Shown here piece after piece: positions 20,046 through 29,559 of a stretch of 64,000 nucleotides of DNA. Each line of letters begins with the position of its first letter. Positions within the stretch are counted from its first letter, which is position 1. The notes beneath the pieces were generated by a model, which was not told the DNA's origin, did no database searches, and worked only from the letters and a program-made list of their open reading frames with translations. Origin of the DNA: Candidatus Dormiibacterota bacterium (GTDB taxonomy: Bacteria > Chloroflexota > Dormibacteria > Dormibacterales > Dormibacteraceae). The stretch covers positions 620 to 64,619 of the forward strand of contig DATDML010000077.1 of the NCBI GenBank assembly GCA_036518815.1, in the 5' to 3' direction. The translations under genes and the position numbers were made by a program.

Positions 20046-22178
20046 ATGATGGCCACCATTCCAGGACGGTCCGGTTCCAGTGCCTGGCTTCGCTTCGGAC
20101 TCTGGGGCGCCCTCTTTGGGGTGGCATCAGTGGTCTTTGTTGTCTGGCTGGCGCTCAGGATCGGCGGGGATCAGGTCACGACCGCTGTCGACGACCTCGG
20201 GGAGGCTGTGGCGGCCGGCACGGCCGCGCTCAGCTGCGGGCTGGCGGCGAGGCGCACGCGGTTCCGGCTGCATAGAGCCTGGACCCTGCTTGCAGCTTCG
20301 GCCGGGAGCTGGTGCGCGGGCGAGGTGGCCTGGTCCGTCTACGAGGTCGCCTTGCACCAAGAAGTGCCCTTTCCCTCGGTCGCCGACATCGGCTTCCTCG
20401 CTGCCATTCCTCTCGCCATCGCGGGCATCCTTGCCTTCGCGCACACTTCGCGCGGCACTTCGACCGGCCTCAGGCTGTGGTTCGACCGGATCATCGTCGC
20501 GACGTCGTTGACATTCGTCGGATGGGAGCTCGGCCTGGGCCAGATCCTCGCCGCGACTGACGAGAGTCTTTTCGACCGACTCGTCAGCCTCGCCTACCCC
20601 ATCGGCGATCTGCTGATCGGTACGGTGCTGATCCTGGCGATCCGGCGCGCGACCGACGAGACTCAGGGCCGTCTGCTGCTCCTGCTCGCCGGTCTGGGCG
20701 CGAACGCCATCGCCGACAGCGCCTTTGCCTACCTCAACGCGACTGGCAACTATGGAGTCGTCGGCAGTGAGCTCGACGCCGGCTGGGTGATCGGTTATCT
20801 GGCCATCGCGCTCGCGGCGTTGTGGCCGTCGGAGGTCCGCGACCAGACCCACGAGGAAAGGCCTGTCGACGTCTGGCAGCTGATCCTGCCCTGGATCACG
20901 ATCCTCGTGGGCGGTTCGCTGGCGGTTGTCCAGGTCTTCCGCGGCCATCCGCTCGATGTCTCGGCCACCGTCCTCGCCGCTCTGGTCATCGCACTCGTGA
21001 TGGTCAGCCAGGTCCTCGCCCAGCACGATTCGCTGACCTTGGTCTACCGGAGCAAGCTCGCGGCCACGACGCTCAACGACGTCATCGTCAACGCCCCGCT
21101 GGGAATGTCGCGGGTTAGTACGGACCTGACTGTCTTGCAGGTCAACCCCACCCTGGCGGCCGTGCTGGGCACGAGCGTCGCAGGCCTGACCGGGGCGAAA
21201 CTGCTCGACTTCTTCGCCGAGTCGGAGCGCCCTCTCGTTCGCCTGAGCATCGCCAGCGCTGCGGAGCTCAGCACTGTCGAGTTCGAAGCAGCTGCGAACA
21301 GCGCGCAAGCCTCGGTCGTGTGGCTGCGGGTCAAAGCGACGGCCGTCCGCAGGGCAGGTGGCAGCGTCGACTACTTCGTGGTGATGTTCGAAGACGTCTC
21401 TGCGCAACGCGCGGCAGCCCAGACCGCCGCCGCCAACCTCGAAGTGTTGCAGCGGCTAAATCGCGTGAAGAGCCAGTTCATGACCAAGGTGCGGCACGAG
21501 TTCCGCACCGCCCTGGTCGGGATCGAAGGCTTTGGCGAGTACATCGCCCAGACCGACGACCTCGACCCAGCCGATGTGCGCTCAATGGCCGGCGACATCG
21601 TCAAAGAGGCTCGCCACCTCGGCGTGACCCTCGACGACATGGTGCGCCTCGACTCGGCCGAAGAACGGACGTCGACGATCAAGATCAGCGACGTCGATCT
21701 CAGTTCGCTGTTGCGCGACGCGGCGGCCAGCGTGCAGATGGGCGCGGCCGGCCACCCCATCCGCGTCGAGATCGGAGATCTGCCCATCGTTCAGGTCGAT
21801 CCTGACCTGGTGACGCAGATGATCACGAGCCTTCTCGGGCGCGCCATCGAATACTCCCCGCCCGACGCCGAGGTGCTGATGAGTGCGCACGCATCTGATG
21901 CCGAGGTACGTATCAGCGTGAGCGACCGCGGAGCTGCGTTTGCCGCCGACCTGGAGGCGCAGCTGATCGGCCATGGCCGCGGGACCCAGTCACGCTCTCC
22001 CGCCAGGGCTTTGAGCACAGACGTCGGCCTGCCGATGGCGAGGCAGATCGTCGAACAGCACGGTGGGCGCATCTGGTTCGACGTTGGTGACGGGACGACG
22101 TTCTATGTCGTGCTGCCGATAGTTGCGGGGCAGCGAAGGACTTCAGAATCCGCCGGCGCCGGCGTGCCGTCGGGCTGA
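20046..22178 (+). CDS. Sensor histidine kinase: multi-TM N-terminus, PAS, HisKA, HATPase_c
   Basis: About 8 TM helices precede a PAS-like segment, an H-box (SQFMTKVRHEFRTAL), and a C-terminal ATPase (GLPMARQIVEQHGGRIWF). No response regulator gene is adjacent. Confidence 0.85.
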   Translation: MMATIPGRSGSSAWLRFGLWGALFGVASVVFVVWLALRIGGDQVTTAVDDLGEAVAAGTAALSCGLAARRTRFRLHRAWTLLAASAGSWCAGEVAWSVYEVALHQEVPFPSVADIGFLAAIPLAIAGILAFAHTSRGTSTGLRLWFDRIIVATSLTFVGWELGLGQILAATDESLFDRLVSLAYPIGDLLIGTVLILAIRRATDETQGRLLLLLAGLGANAIADSAFAYLNATGNYGVVGSELDAGWVIGYLAIALAALWPSEVRDQTHEERPVDVWQLILPWITILVGGSLAVVQVFRGHPLDVSATVLAALVIALVMVSQVLAQHDSLTLVYRSKLAATTLNDVIVNAPLGMSRVSTDLTVLQVNPTLAAVLGTSVAGLTGAKLLDFFAESERPLVRLSIASAAELSTVEFEAAANSAQASVVWLRVKATAVRRAGGSVDYFVVMFEDVSAQRAAAQTAAANLEVLQRLNRVKSQFMTKVRHEFRTALVGIEGFGEYIAQTDDLDPADVRSMAGDIVKEARHLGVTLDDMVRLDSAEERTSTIKISDVDLSSLLRDAAASVQMGAAGHPIRVEIGDLPIVQVDPDLVTQMITSLLGRAIEYSPPDAEVLMSAHASDAEVRISVSDRGAAFAADLEAQLIGHGRGTQSRSPARALSTDVGLPMARQIVEQHGGRIWFDVGDGTTFYVVLPIVAGQRRTSESAGAGVPSG

Positions 22179-22198
22179 GTGCGTTGCGACTTGGAAGT

Positions 22199-22273
22199 TG
22201 GTTGCGGAGGTCGGATTCGAACCGACGACCTTCGGGTTATGAGCCCGACGAGCTGCCGCTGCTCCACTCCGCG
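22199..22273 (-). tRNA. Initiator tRNA-fMet (CAT), CCA encoded
   Basis: The reverse complement is CGCGGAGTGGAGCAGCGGCAGCTCGTCGGGCTCATAACCCGAAGGTCGTCGGTTCGAATCCGACCTCCGCAACCA. It shows the C1-A72 mismatch and the GGG/CCC anticodon stem. Confidence 0.9.
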
Positions 22274-22329
22274 AGGCCGATTATACCCGCGTCTTTTCAG
22301 GCCTTCCGGCCGGGGCTAGTGGGTCCAGG

Positions 22330-22674
22330 TCATGGGGTCGGCGACGCTTTTGGTAATGGCTTGGGCGATGGCGCGGCCGGGCTCGGTGTGCCGGCCACGA
22401 GGTACACGCGCTCGTAGGGCTTCGCGTAACCGTTCTGTCGCGCCTCTTCCTCATCGGCCGAGCCGTTCTTGATGGCTGCGATGTCGCGGCTGTATCCCTG
22501 GTTCTGCGCGGCCAGTGTCGAGTTCTGCGACCGGAGGTCGCTCACTTGCTGGCTCAGTCTGTGACCCAAATACGCCTCTTGCGCGTAGGCGAGGCCGGCC
22601 CAGCCGGCGGCGGCAAGCGCGACGACGAGGACGACGGTGCGCTTGGCGGATACGAGCGTGATGCTTTGTCTCAT
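22330..22674 (-). CDS. Septum formation initiator family protein (FtsB/DivIC-like) with a Pro-rich tail
   Basis: Trimmed to ATG 22672-22674 (MRQSITLVSAKR...). It has a single TM helix and then a coiled coil (LSQQVSDLRSQNSTLAAQNQGY...DEEEARQNGY). Its position after mazG matches the Bacillus divIC context. Confidence 0.7.
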   Translation of the reverse strand: MRQSITLVSAKRTVVLVVALAAAGWAGLAYAQEAYLGHRLSQQVSDLRSQNSTLAAQNQGYSRDIAAIKNGSADEEEARQNGYAKPYERVYLVAGTPSPAAPSPKPLPKASPTP

Positions 22675-22717
22675 TGCTGTGGCGTTGGCGGGGACGTCGG
22701 GCAGTACGAGCGGCGCG

Positions 22718-22743
22718 ACTATAACAAACGCGCTCGCGTTTGT
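22718..22743 (-). promoter_or_regulatory. 20-bp perfect palindrome ACAAACGCG-AG-CGCGTTTGT abutting a TATAGT -10-like box, upstream of the ftsB-like gene
   Basis: Read directly. The palindrome is at 22724-22743 and TATAGT (minus strand) at 22718-22723, about 44 nt upstream of ATG 22674. Confidence 0.35.
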
Positions 22744-22763
22744 CGGCTCACCACGGTCTGATC

Positions 22764-22794
22764 TCCCCACCTGGCCTCCCCGCAAGCGGGGAGG
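22764..22794. repeat. REP-like element copy 3 (TCCCCACCTGGCCTCCCCGC-AA-GCGGGGAGG); likely mazG terminator
   Basis: The 9-bp stem spans 22775-22783 and 22786-22794, 3 nt after the mazG stop (TAG 22798-22800 on the - strand). Confidence 0.75.
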
Positions 22795-22797
22795 AAA

Positions 22798-23580
22798 CTA
22801 GTGGGTCTTCTCCCAGCGCGCCATCAGCTCGGCGCCGTCGAGGTCGCGAAACGATTTGCCGTCTTCGACCAGCTGCGATTGCATTGCCGCGAATCGATCT
22901 CGGAACCGCTGACCCGCCACACGCAGCGCGTCCTCGGGGTTGATCTTCATGCGCCGCGCCAGCGACACGACGGCGAACAGCAGGTCGCCGAGCTCATGGA
23001 ATGCCGCCTCTGGATCGTCTGCCGCACCGAGCTCGCGCGCCTCTTCCGCGACGGCCTCGACGGTGTCGGCCGTTGACTTGAAGTCGAAGCCGACGCGCGC
23101 GGCGCGCTTCTGCAAGCCGAGTGTCCAGGCCAGGGCCGGCAGGCTCGCCGGGACGCGGTCGACGACGGACTCGTCCTCGCGGCCGGCCGCGCGCGCGTCC
23201 TCGAGCTTGTTGAGCTCCCAGTTGTGCAGGACCTGGTCGGAGTTCTCCACCGCGACGTCGCCAAAAACGTGCGGGTGGCGCTTGACCATCTTCGCCGCCA
23301 CGCCCTCTGAGACCTGCGTGGCATCGAAGCGGCCTTCCTCCGCGGCGATCTCCGCATGCATCGCCACCTGCAGCAGCACGTCGCCGAGCTCTTCTTTCAT
23401 CTTCTCGTCGTCGCCGGAGTCGATCGCCTCCAGCAGCTCGTAAGTCTCTTCGAGCAGATAAGGACGGAGCGACTCATGCGTCTGCTCGCGGTCCCAGGGG
23501 CAGCCGCCGGGCGCGCGGAGCCGCGCCACGACCTCGAAGATCGATCCGATTCCGGGCGAGTATGGAGTGTCCTCAGCCAC
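22798..23580 (-). CDS. mazG: Nucleoside triphosphate pyrophosphohydrolase MazG
   Basis: Tandem MazG domains with EETYELLEAI and ELGDLLF motifs. Confidence 0.9.
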   Translation of the reverse strand: MAEDTPYSPGIGSIFEVVARLRAPGGCPWDREQTHESLRPYLLEETYELLEAIDSGDDEKMKEELGDVLLQVAMHAEIAAEEGRFDATQVSEGVAAKMVKRHPHVFGDVAVENSDQVLHNWELNKLEDARAAGREDESVVDRVPASLPALAWTLGLQKRAARVGFDFKSTADTVEAVAEEARELGAADDPEAAFHELGDLLFAVVSLARRMKINPEDALRVAGQRFRDRFAAMQSQLVEDGKSFRDLDGAELMARWEKTH

Positions 23581-26500
23581 GTCGAGATTCTGTCACGGCC
23601 AGGTTGGCGGTCCGGTAGAGGTCCGACATCTCGTCGAGCAGCGCCAGCAGTTCCTTCTGCCAGCCCTCGCCCTGCCGCCGCATCTTGATGCGGTTCACGC
23701 CGATGGACAGCCGCCCGGCCATGCGCCGGTTCAGCTCATCGACGTCGAGCAGCCTCTGCGGGTCGACGCGGATGACGATATCGTGCCCTTCGGCCACTAC
23801 GCCGCGGAGACCCATGCGCATGCCTCGCAGCTTGACGCGCAACGAATAAACGAGGTTGTCGAGCTGGTCCGGCCCCGGACCATAGCGGTCGATCAACGAG
23901 CGCAGCACCGCATCGAGCTCGGTCTCGTCCTCGGTCGCCGCAAGCTGGCGGTACGCACCGAGCCGCAGCTTCTCATCGCGGATGTACGAGCGCGGGATGA
24001 AGTGGTCGAGCGGCAACTCGAGGTTCATCTCGGCTGTCGAGAGCACGTCGGTGACGGCGGTCTCGTCCGCGCCGGTGCGCAGCTTGTTCACCGCGCTCTG
24101 CAGCATTTGCAGGTACATCTCGAATCCGACCGCGGCGATGGCTCCGTGCTGCTCGGTCCCCAACAGGTTGCCCGCGCCGCGGATCTCGAGGTCGCGCAGA
24201 GCGATCTTGAATCCCTGTCCGAGCTCGTGCAGCCCCGAGATGACGTCGAGCCGCTTGTCCGCGCCCTCGGTGAGAGAGCGCCGAGGGTCGTATAGGAAGT
24301 ACGCGTACGCCCGACGCCCGCTGCGGCCGACACGCCCTCGCAGCTGGTACAGCTGGGCCAGCCCGAACCGGTCCGACCTCTCGACGATGATCGTGTTGAC
24401 GTTCGGGATGTCGAGGCCGGATTCGATGATGGTCGTGCAGACCAACACGTCGAACTTCGCCGATTCGAAGTCCACCATCACTTTCGCGAGCTCGTCCTCG
24501 GCCATCTGCCCGTGCCCGACGACGACGCGCGCATTCGGTACGAGGCGGCGCACGCGTTCGGCTGCTTTCTGAATCGTGCGGACGCGGTTGTGCAGGTAGT
24601 AGACCTGGCCGCCTCGTTCGAGCTCGCGCGACAAGACTTCCGTCACGAGGTTGTCTTCGTCCGCGGTGACGAAAGTCTTGATGGGCTGCCGCTCCTCGGG
24701 CGGCGTCTGGATGACGCTCATGTCGCGGATGCCGCCCACCGCCATGTGGAGCGTGCGCGGAATCGGCGTCGCGGACAGCGACAGCACGTCGAGCTGCGTG
24801 CGCAGCTTCTTCAGCCTTTCCTTCTGCATCACTCCGAACCGGTGCTCCTCGTCCACGACCAGCAGGCCGAGACGCTTGAAGCGGACGTCCTTCTGCAGCA
24901 ATCGGTGCGTGCCGATGACGATGTCGACCTGGCCCGCCTTCAGGCCTTCGATGGTTCGGGCCTGCGTCTCGTCATCCACGAATCGCGACAGCATCTCCAC
25001 CGTCACGGGAAAGTTCGCGAGCCGCTCGCGAAAAACGTGGAAGTGCTGCTGCGCCAGGACCGTCGTCGGCGCCAGCAGGGCGGTCTGCTTGCCGCTCATC
25101 GCCGCCTTGAACGCGGCGCGCAGCGCCAGCTCGGTCTTGCCGAAGCCGACGTCGCCGCACAGCAACCGGTCCATGGGCCGGTCCGACTCCATGTCAGCCT
25201 TGATCTCCGCCAGCGCATTGAGCTGGTCGGGAGTCTCCTCATATTGAAAGGACGACTCCAGCTCCTGCTGCCAGGCGGTGTCAGGCGCGAATGCGATGCC
25301 GGGGCGCGCCTCTCGCTGCGAGTAGATGCGCAGCAGGTCCTCGGCCACGTCCTGCACGACCTTCTTCGCGCGGCTGCGGGCGCGCGTCCAGTCGCCGGTG
25401 CCGAGCCGGTGCAGCGTCGGCTGGCCTTCACCGCCGAGGTACTTCTGCACGCGATCGAGGTTCTCGACCGGCACGAACAGCTTGTCCGCCTCCGCGTACT
25501 CGAGCTCGAGGTACTCGCGATGCGTGCCGTCCGTGTCGATCAGCCGCATACCGCTGAAGCGCGCGATGCCATGGTCGACGTGCACCACCAGCTCGCCCGG
25601 CGCGAACTCGAGGGTGAACTCCTTGGTGAGCTCTTCGGCGCGCGCGCGACTCGATGTGCCGCGCCGCGACGGCCGGCGCACGCGCCCGAACAGCTCAGCG
25701 TCCGTCAGCAGGTGGAATCCGATGCCTGCGTGCGAGCAGCCCGCGGCGACGTCCTGCTCCGCAGTTTTCAGACCGGGCGTGACGTCCAGGTCGACGTCGA
25801 GGTCCACGACCGCCGCAGGCACGACGACCTTGTCGGCCTCGAGCAGCTCACGCAGTCGATCCGTTTGCTCCGTAGCAATGACCATCGCCGCGCCTTCGGC
25901 CTGTCTGGCCAGCGACGCGAAGGCGTGCTGCCGGGCGACCAGCGGCTCGGCTTCCGTCCAGCCGAGATCAACCGCGCCGGCCGCGCCCTCCCCCGCGGTG
26001 ACTTCGACGACAGGGCGCGCCGCGTCCAGCTGCAGCCTCGCCAGCTCCACCATCGGGAGCTCGAAGCCCGCCGGCAGCTCCCCGTTCTCCGCCTCGGCGG
26101 CCGCAAGCATCGCGGTGTCTTCACTGATGGACCGCGCGTCCGCGAGCTGGCGGTCGGGTTCGAAATCGAGGACGACGATGTCGTTGGGCACGTGGTCGAA
26201 AAGTGACGGCCTCTCATCCCCGAGGTACGCCGAGTAGAACTCGACGCCAGGGAACGACGCGCCCGCGTCGAGCCTGGTCAGGTCGTCGTCCCACTCCGCC
26301 CGCACGTCGGCCCGCAGGGCGACCAGGTCCAGACTGGTGCGAATCCGGTGCGCCGCGTGCGCTCCCCGCTCGGGCCCGATCATCAGCTCCCGGCCGGTGC
26401 GCACCACGAGCCGGCCGAGTCCCATAACCGATCGTTGGTTCTCTGGATCGAACACGCGAAGCGTGTCGACTGTCTCGCCCAGCCATTCGGCCCGCGCTGG

Positions 26501-27088
26501 CGCGTCGGCGCCCGCTGGGAACACGTCGAGAATGCCGCCGCGCAACGAGAACTGGCCCGGCTCTTCGACCAGCGCTTCGCGCGAATAGCCCAGCTCCGTC
26601 AGACGCCCGGCGACCGTGATCGGGTCCGGCCCTCTGCCCGGTTCGAGGTCGACCGTGCCGGCGGCCAGGTCGGCCGGCGAGATCGTCGCCCGCAGCGCCG
26701 CGCGCCGCGATGACACGAGGACCGCGGCCTCGCGATCCGAAGCCGCCAGCGCCGCCAGCGCCTCCAGCCGCATGCTCACCGCCTCGTCGAATGCCGGCGG
26801 ATGGTCGAGAAACGAGACGGCGATCTCCGCGAACACATGCACCGGCGGCTTTCCCGCCAGCCACGGTCTCAGGTCGCCGGCGAACCGCTCCGGCGCCGGC
26901 GCGAGGATCAGCACGGATCGCCTGCGGGTGATGAGGTCGCGTGCGACAGCCGCGGCGACGATCGGCCATGCAGACCTCGGCAGCCTGCCGGCGCGCAGCC
27001 GCCGGTCCGGCCGATCCAGCCATCGCGCCAGTTGCGGCGCCGCGTCGAGCGCGGCCTGCCACAGCGCCGTCACACCGGTTCCTCGCAC
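23573..27088 (-). CDS. mfd: Transcription-repair coupling factor Mfd
   Basis: 1171 aa with a UvrB-like N-terminus, CarD/RID domain, DEAD/helicase motifs (LLCGDVGFGKTE, DEEHRFG) and TRG motif. An alternative start at GTG 27071-27073 would give a GTGA overlap with the pth stop. Confidence 0.95.
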   Translation of the reverse strand: MRGTGVTALWQAALDAAPQLARWLDRPDRRLRAGRLPRSAWPIVAAAVARDLITRRRSVLILAPAPERFAGDLRPWLAGKPPVHVFAEIAVSFLDHPPAFDEAVSMRLEALAALAASDREAAVLVSSRRAALRATISPADLAAGTVDLEPGRGPDPITVAGRLTELGYSREALVEEPGQFSLRGGILDVFPAGADAPARAEWLGETVDTLRVFDPENQRSVMGLGRLVVRTGRELMIGPERGAHAAHRIRTSLDLVALRADVRAEWDDDLTRLDAGASFPGVEFYSAYLGDERPSLFDHVPNDIVVLDFEPDRQLADARSISEDTAMLAAAEAENGELPAGFELPMVELARLQLDAARPVVEVTAGEGAAGAVDLGWTEAEPLVARQHAFASLARQAEGAAMVIATEQTDRLRELLEADKVVVPAAVVDLDVDLDVTPGLKTAEQDVAAGCSHAGIGFHLLTDAELFGRVRRPSRRGTSSRARAEELTKEFTLEFAPGELVVHVDHGIARFSGMRLIDTDGTHREYLELEYAEADKLFVPVENLDRVQKYLGGEGQPTLHRLGTGDWTRARSRAKKVVQDVAEDLLRIYSQREARPGIAFAPDTAWQQELESSFQYEETPDQLNALAEIKADMESDRPMDRLLCGDVGFGKTELALRAAFKAAMSGKQTALLAPTTVLAQQHFHVFRERLANFPVTVEMLSRFVDDETQARTIEGLKAGQVDIVIGTHRLLQKDVRFKRLGLLVVDEEHRFGVMQKERLKKLRTQLDVLSLSATPIPRTLHMAVGGIRDMSVIQTPPEERQPIKTFVTADEDNLVTEVLSRELERGGQVYYLHNRVRTIQKAAERVRRLVPNARVVVGHGQMAEDELAKVMVDFESAKFDVLVCTTIIESGLDIPNVNTIIVERSDRFGLAQLYQLRGRVGRSGRRAYAYFLYDPRRSLTEGADKRLDVISGLHELGQGFKIALRDLEIRGAGNLLGTEQHGAIAAVGFEMYLQMLQSAVNKLRTGADETAVTDVLSTAEMNLELPLDHFIPRSYIRDEKLRLGAYRQLAATEDETELDAVLRSLIDRYGPGPDQLDNLVYSLRVKLRGMRMGLRGVVAEGHDIVIRVDPQRLLDVDELNRRMAGRLSIGVNRIKMRRQGEGWQKELLALLDEMSDLYRTANLAVTESRRG

Positions 27089-27675
27089 CCCAGCGACCCG
27101 GCGCGGTTGTATCGGTCCATTGCCCGCTCGATGCCCGACCCGAGCGCCAGCTCGAGCGCGTCCGCTACGCCGCTCACCACCTTTTCGAGCTGCTCGGCCT
27201 CTGCTTTCGTGAACCGGCCGAGTACATACCGACCGCCCGCCTGCGACGCGCGATGTGACGGCTTGCCGATGCCGACGCGAAAGCGGACGAAGTCCTGCGT
27301 GCCGAGCGCTGACATGATCGACAGCACGCCGTTATGCCCCGCGCCGGAGCCGTCGCGCCGTATGCGCAGGCGGCACAGGGGCAAGTCGAGCTCGTCGTGC
27401 ACGACCCACACGTGCGACGGCGTGACGCCGGTGTCGCGCATCGCCGCCTTGACAGCCTCACCGGAGAGGTTCATGTACGTCTGTGGCAGAACGAACCACA
27501 CGCCATGGGATTCAGTACGGCCGATCAGCGATTTCCACCGCTTGCGGTCGACCTTGACGTCGAGGCGCGACGCGAGCGCGCGGACGCACGCGAACCCCAG
27601 GTTGTGCCTGGTATCCGCGTACTCGGCATCCGGATTACCGAGCCCGACGACCAGAATTTCGCGACTCTCTTCCAT
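27070..27675 (-). CDS. pth: Peptidyl-tRNA hydrolase
   Basis: Contains VVGLGNPDAEYADTRHNLGF and the HNG motif. Confidence 0.95.
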   Translation of the reverse strand: MEESREILVVGLGNPDAEYADTRHNLGFACVRALASRLDVKVDRKRWKSLIGRTESHGVWFVLPQTYMNLSGEAVKAAMRDTGVTPSHVWVVHDELDLPLCRLRIRRDGSGAGHNGVLSIMSALGTQDFVRFRVGIGKPSHRASQAGGRYVLGRFTKAEAEQLEKVVSGVADALELALGSGIERAMDRYNRAGSLGCEEPV

Positions 27676-27729
27676 GCAGACGCAATAAGCCCGTGGCGAG
27701 CGCCACCGGCTGGTGTCAATTATCGGGGT

Positions 27730-27767
27730 CCCCGCGAACTCGCGGCGAAGCCTCCGAGTTCGTGGGG
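27730..27767 (-). terminator. 13-bp stem-loop (one mismatch) directly after the ybeY stop, with no U tract
   Basis: CCCCGCGAACTCG (27730-27742) pairs with CGAGTTCGTGGGG (27755-27767) around a 12-nt loop. The ybeY stop is at 27769-27771. Confidence 0.45.
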
Positions 27768-27768
27768 C

Positions 27769-28224
27769 CTAGAGTCTACGCGCCGAGAGCTTCACGCCCG
27801 AGGGCGCCAGCGCCGCCAGTGTCAGCCGGGTCATCTCGCGGTTCTGCGCCACGGTCGCGTGGTCCCAGCCGAGCAGGTGCAGCAGGCCATGCACGCAGAG
27901 CAGCGCGAGCTCCGCGTCCGATTGATGACGATGCTCACGCGCCTGCCTGACCACCGCCGGCCATGAGACAGCCACATCTCCCAGGTGCTCGCCCTCGCCC
28001 GCAAACGACAGCACGTCAGTGGCGTGGTCCTCGCCGGCGAACTCTCGATTGAGCCGCTGCAGCTCGGCGTCGTCCGTGAGACGAACGGCTATCGATGGGC
28101 CGCCTGCGGGGAGGCGCGCGGCCACCTCCGGCACCGCCGCGGCCCGCTGGATCACGCGGCGGACGAACGCCGGCGTCACCGGCGCCGGCACGGCCTTGGC
28201 CACATCGACTTCGATTACATTCAC
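27769..28224 (-). CDS. ybeY: Endoribonuclease YbeY (rRNA maturation)
   Basis: Contains the HGLLHLLGWDH zinc motif. Confidence 0.9.
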   Translation of the reverse strand: MNVIEVDVAKAVPAPVTPAFVRRVIQRAAAVPEVAARLPAGGPSIAVRLTDDAELQRLNREFAGEDHATDVLSFAGEGEHLGDVAVSWPAVVRQAREHRHQSDAELALLCVHGLLHLLGWDHATVAQNREMTRLTLAALAPSGVKLSARRL

Positions 28225-28229
28225 GACCG

Positions 28230-29174
28230 ATGAAGATTCTCGTGACCGGAGGCGCCGGCTTCATCGCGTCGCACGTCGTCGACGCCTACCTCGCGGCCGG
28301 ACACGAGGTCGCCGTCGTGGACAATTTCGCCACCGGGAGCGAGCGCAACCTCAACCCTGAGGCCCGGCTGCATCGAGCCGACCTCCGCGAGCCGAGCGCC
28401 GTGGCCTCGCTCATGGCCTCGTTCCACCCCGACATCGTCAACCATCACGCGGCCCAGGCCGAGGTACCGAGGTCGGTGGAGGATCCCGCGTTCGACGCCC
28501 AGGTGAACCTGATCGGCGGCATCAACCTGCTCAAGGCCGCCGTCGACCACCGCGTGAAGAAGTTCATCTTCATCTCCACCGGCGGCGCGCTCTATGGCGA
28601 GCCCGATGTGGTTCCCTGCGACGAGGACCATCCTGTCCGCCCCCTATCGCCCTACGGCACCAGCAAGTTTTGCTTTGAGCAGTACCTGGGCACCTTCCAG
28701 CGCACGTTCGGCCTCGACTACACGGTTCTGCGCTACTCGAACATCTACGGCCCCCGTCAGGATTTCCAGAGCGAAGAAGGTCGGGTGATCGCGATCTTCG
28801 CGAGCCGGATGATCGAAGGCCGGCAGCTAACCATCGACGGCGATGGCGAGCAGTCGCGCGACATGCTGTACGTCGGCGACGTCGCGACGGCCAACCTCGC
28901 GGCGCTCGAGCGCGGCGCCAACGGCACGTATCACGTCAGCAGCGGCTACGCGGTGACCGTGAACGAGCTCTTCCGCAAGCTTGCGCTGCTCACCGGCTAC
29001 AAGCTCGAGGCCCAACACGGCCCGCGACGCAAGGGCGACGTGTATCGCATCGCGCTGGACAACTCCCGCGCCGCTCGCGACCTCGGCTGGAAGCCCGCCA
29101 TATCGCTCGAGGAGGGATTGACCTCCACCGTCGATTACTTCCGCGGCCGGATCAGTGAGTCGCGCCGGACATGA
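28230..29174 (+). CDS. NAD-dependent epimerase/dehydratase (UDP-glucose 4-epimerase-like extended SDR)
   Basis: Trimmed to ATG 28230 (MKILVTGGAGFIASHVV...). Contains SPYGTSK (YxxxK). Confidence 0.85.
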   Translation: MKILVTGGAGFIASHVVDAYLAAGHEVAVVDNFATGSERNLNPEARLHRADLREPSAVASLMASFHPDIVNHHAAQAEVPRSVEDPAFDAQVNLIGGINLLKAAVDHRVKKFIFISTGGALYGEPDVVPCDEDHPVRPLSPYGTSKFCFEQYLGTFQRTFGLDYTVLRYSNIYGPRQDFQSEEGRVIAIFASRMIEGRQLTIDGDGEQSRDMLYVGDVATANLAALERGANGTYHVSSGYAVTVNELFRKLALLTGYKLEAQHGPRRKGDVYRIALDNSRAARDLGWKPAISLEEGLTSTVDYFRGRISESRRT

Positions 29175-29547
29175 CTACGTGACCGACACGATCGTTTTTC
29201 TCCACCGCGTCGGCGCGACCGCGCTGGTCATCTTCGCGGTCGTGCTCGGCCTATGGGGCGCATACCTTTATTTCCGGCGCTCCGAGCTGACGGGCGGATT
29301 CCGCTCGAGCTTTCTGATCATGGCCGGGCTCACGGCCGTTCAGGGATTGTTCGGGCTCATCGCCTTCATCGCCGGCCAGCGACCGGCCGAGATCCTGCAC
29401 GTGGTGTACGGCATCTTCGCTGTGCTCTTCCTGCCCGGCGTGTACCTGTACGCCCAGGGCGGGACGAAGCGACGCGAGGCCGTGTTCCTCGCCGGGGCGT
29501 CGTGGATCGTCGCTATCGCGTACCTCAGGGGGTTTATGACCGGCTAA
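29155..29547 (+). CDS. Small four-TM membrane protein, unknown function
   Basis: 130-aa ORF with four hydrophobic helices between two sugar epimerase genes. The start may instead be GTG 29179. Confidence 0.5.
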   Translation: MSRAGHDYVTDTIVFLHRVGATALVIFAVVLGLWGAYLYFRRSELTGGFRSSFLIMAGLTAVQGLFGLIAFIAGQRPAEILHVVYGIFAVLFLPGVYLYAQGGTKRREAVFLAGASWIVAIAYLRGFMTG

Positions 29548-29559
29548 GGTAGGCCGCTG

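Noticed and set aside
19702-20127. 141-aa minus-strand ORF in the tRNA-kinase spacer (MAPCLSTSGARRIEVVIEADG...)
   Set aside because: It has no stop before it reads straight through the tRNA(CAT) gene, and it shows no SD or motif support.
19761-22273. tRNA-flanked segment as a possible genomic island or integration site
   Set aside because: There is no integrase, no direct repeat of a tRNA 3' end, and no mobility genes. It holds only a single histidine kinase gene, and the surrounding order matches conserved Bacillus-type synteny.
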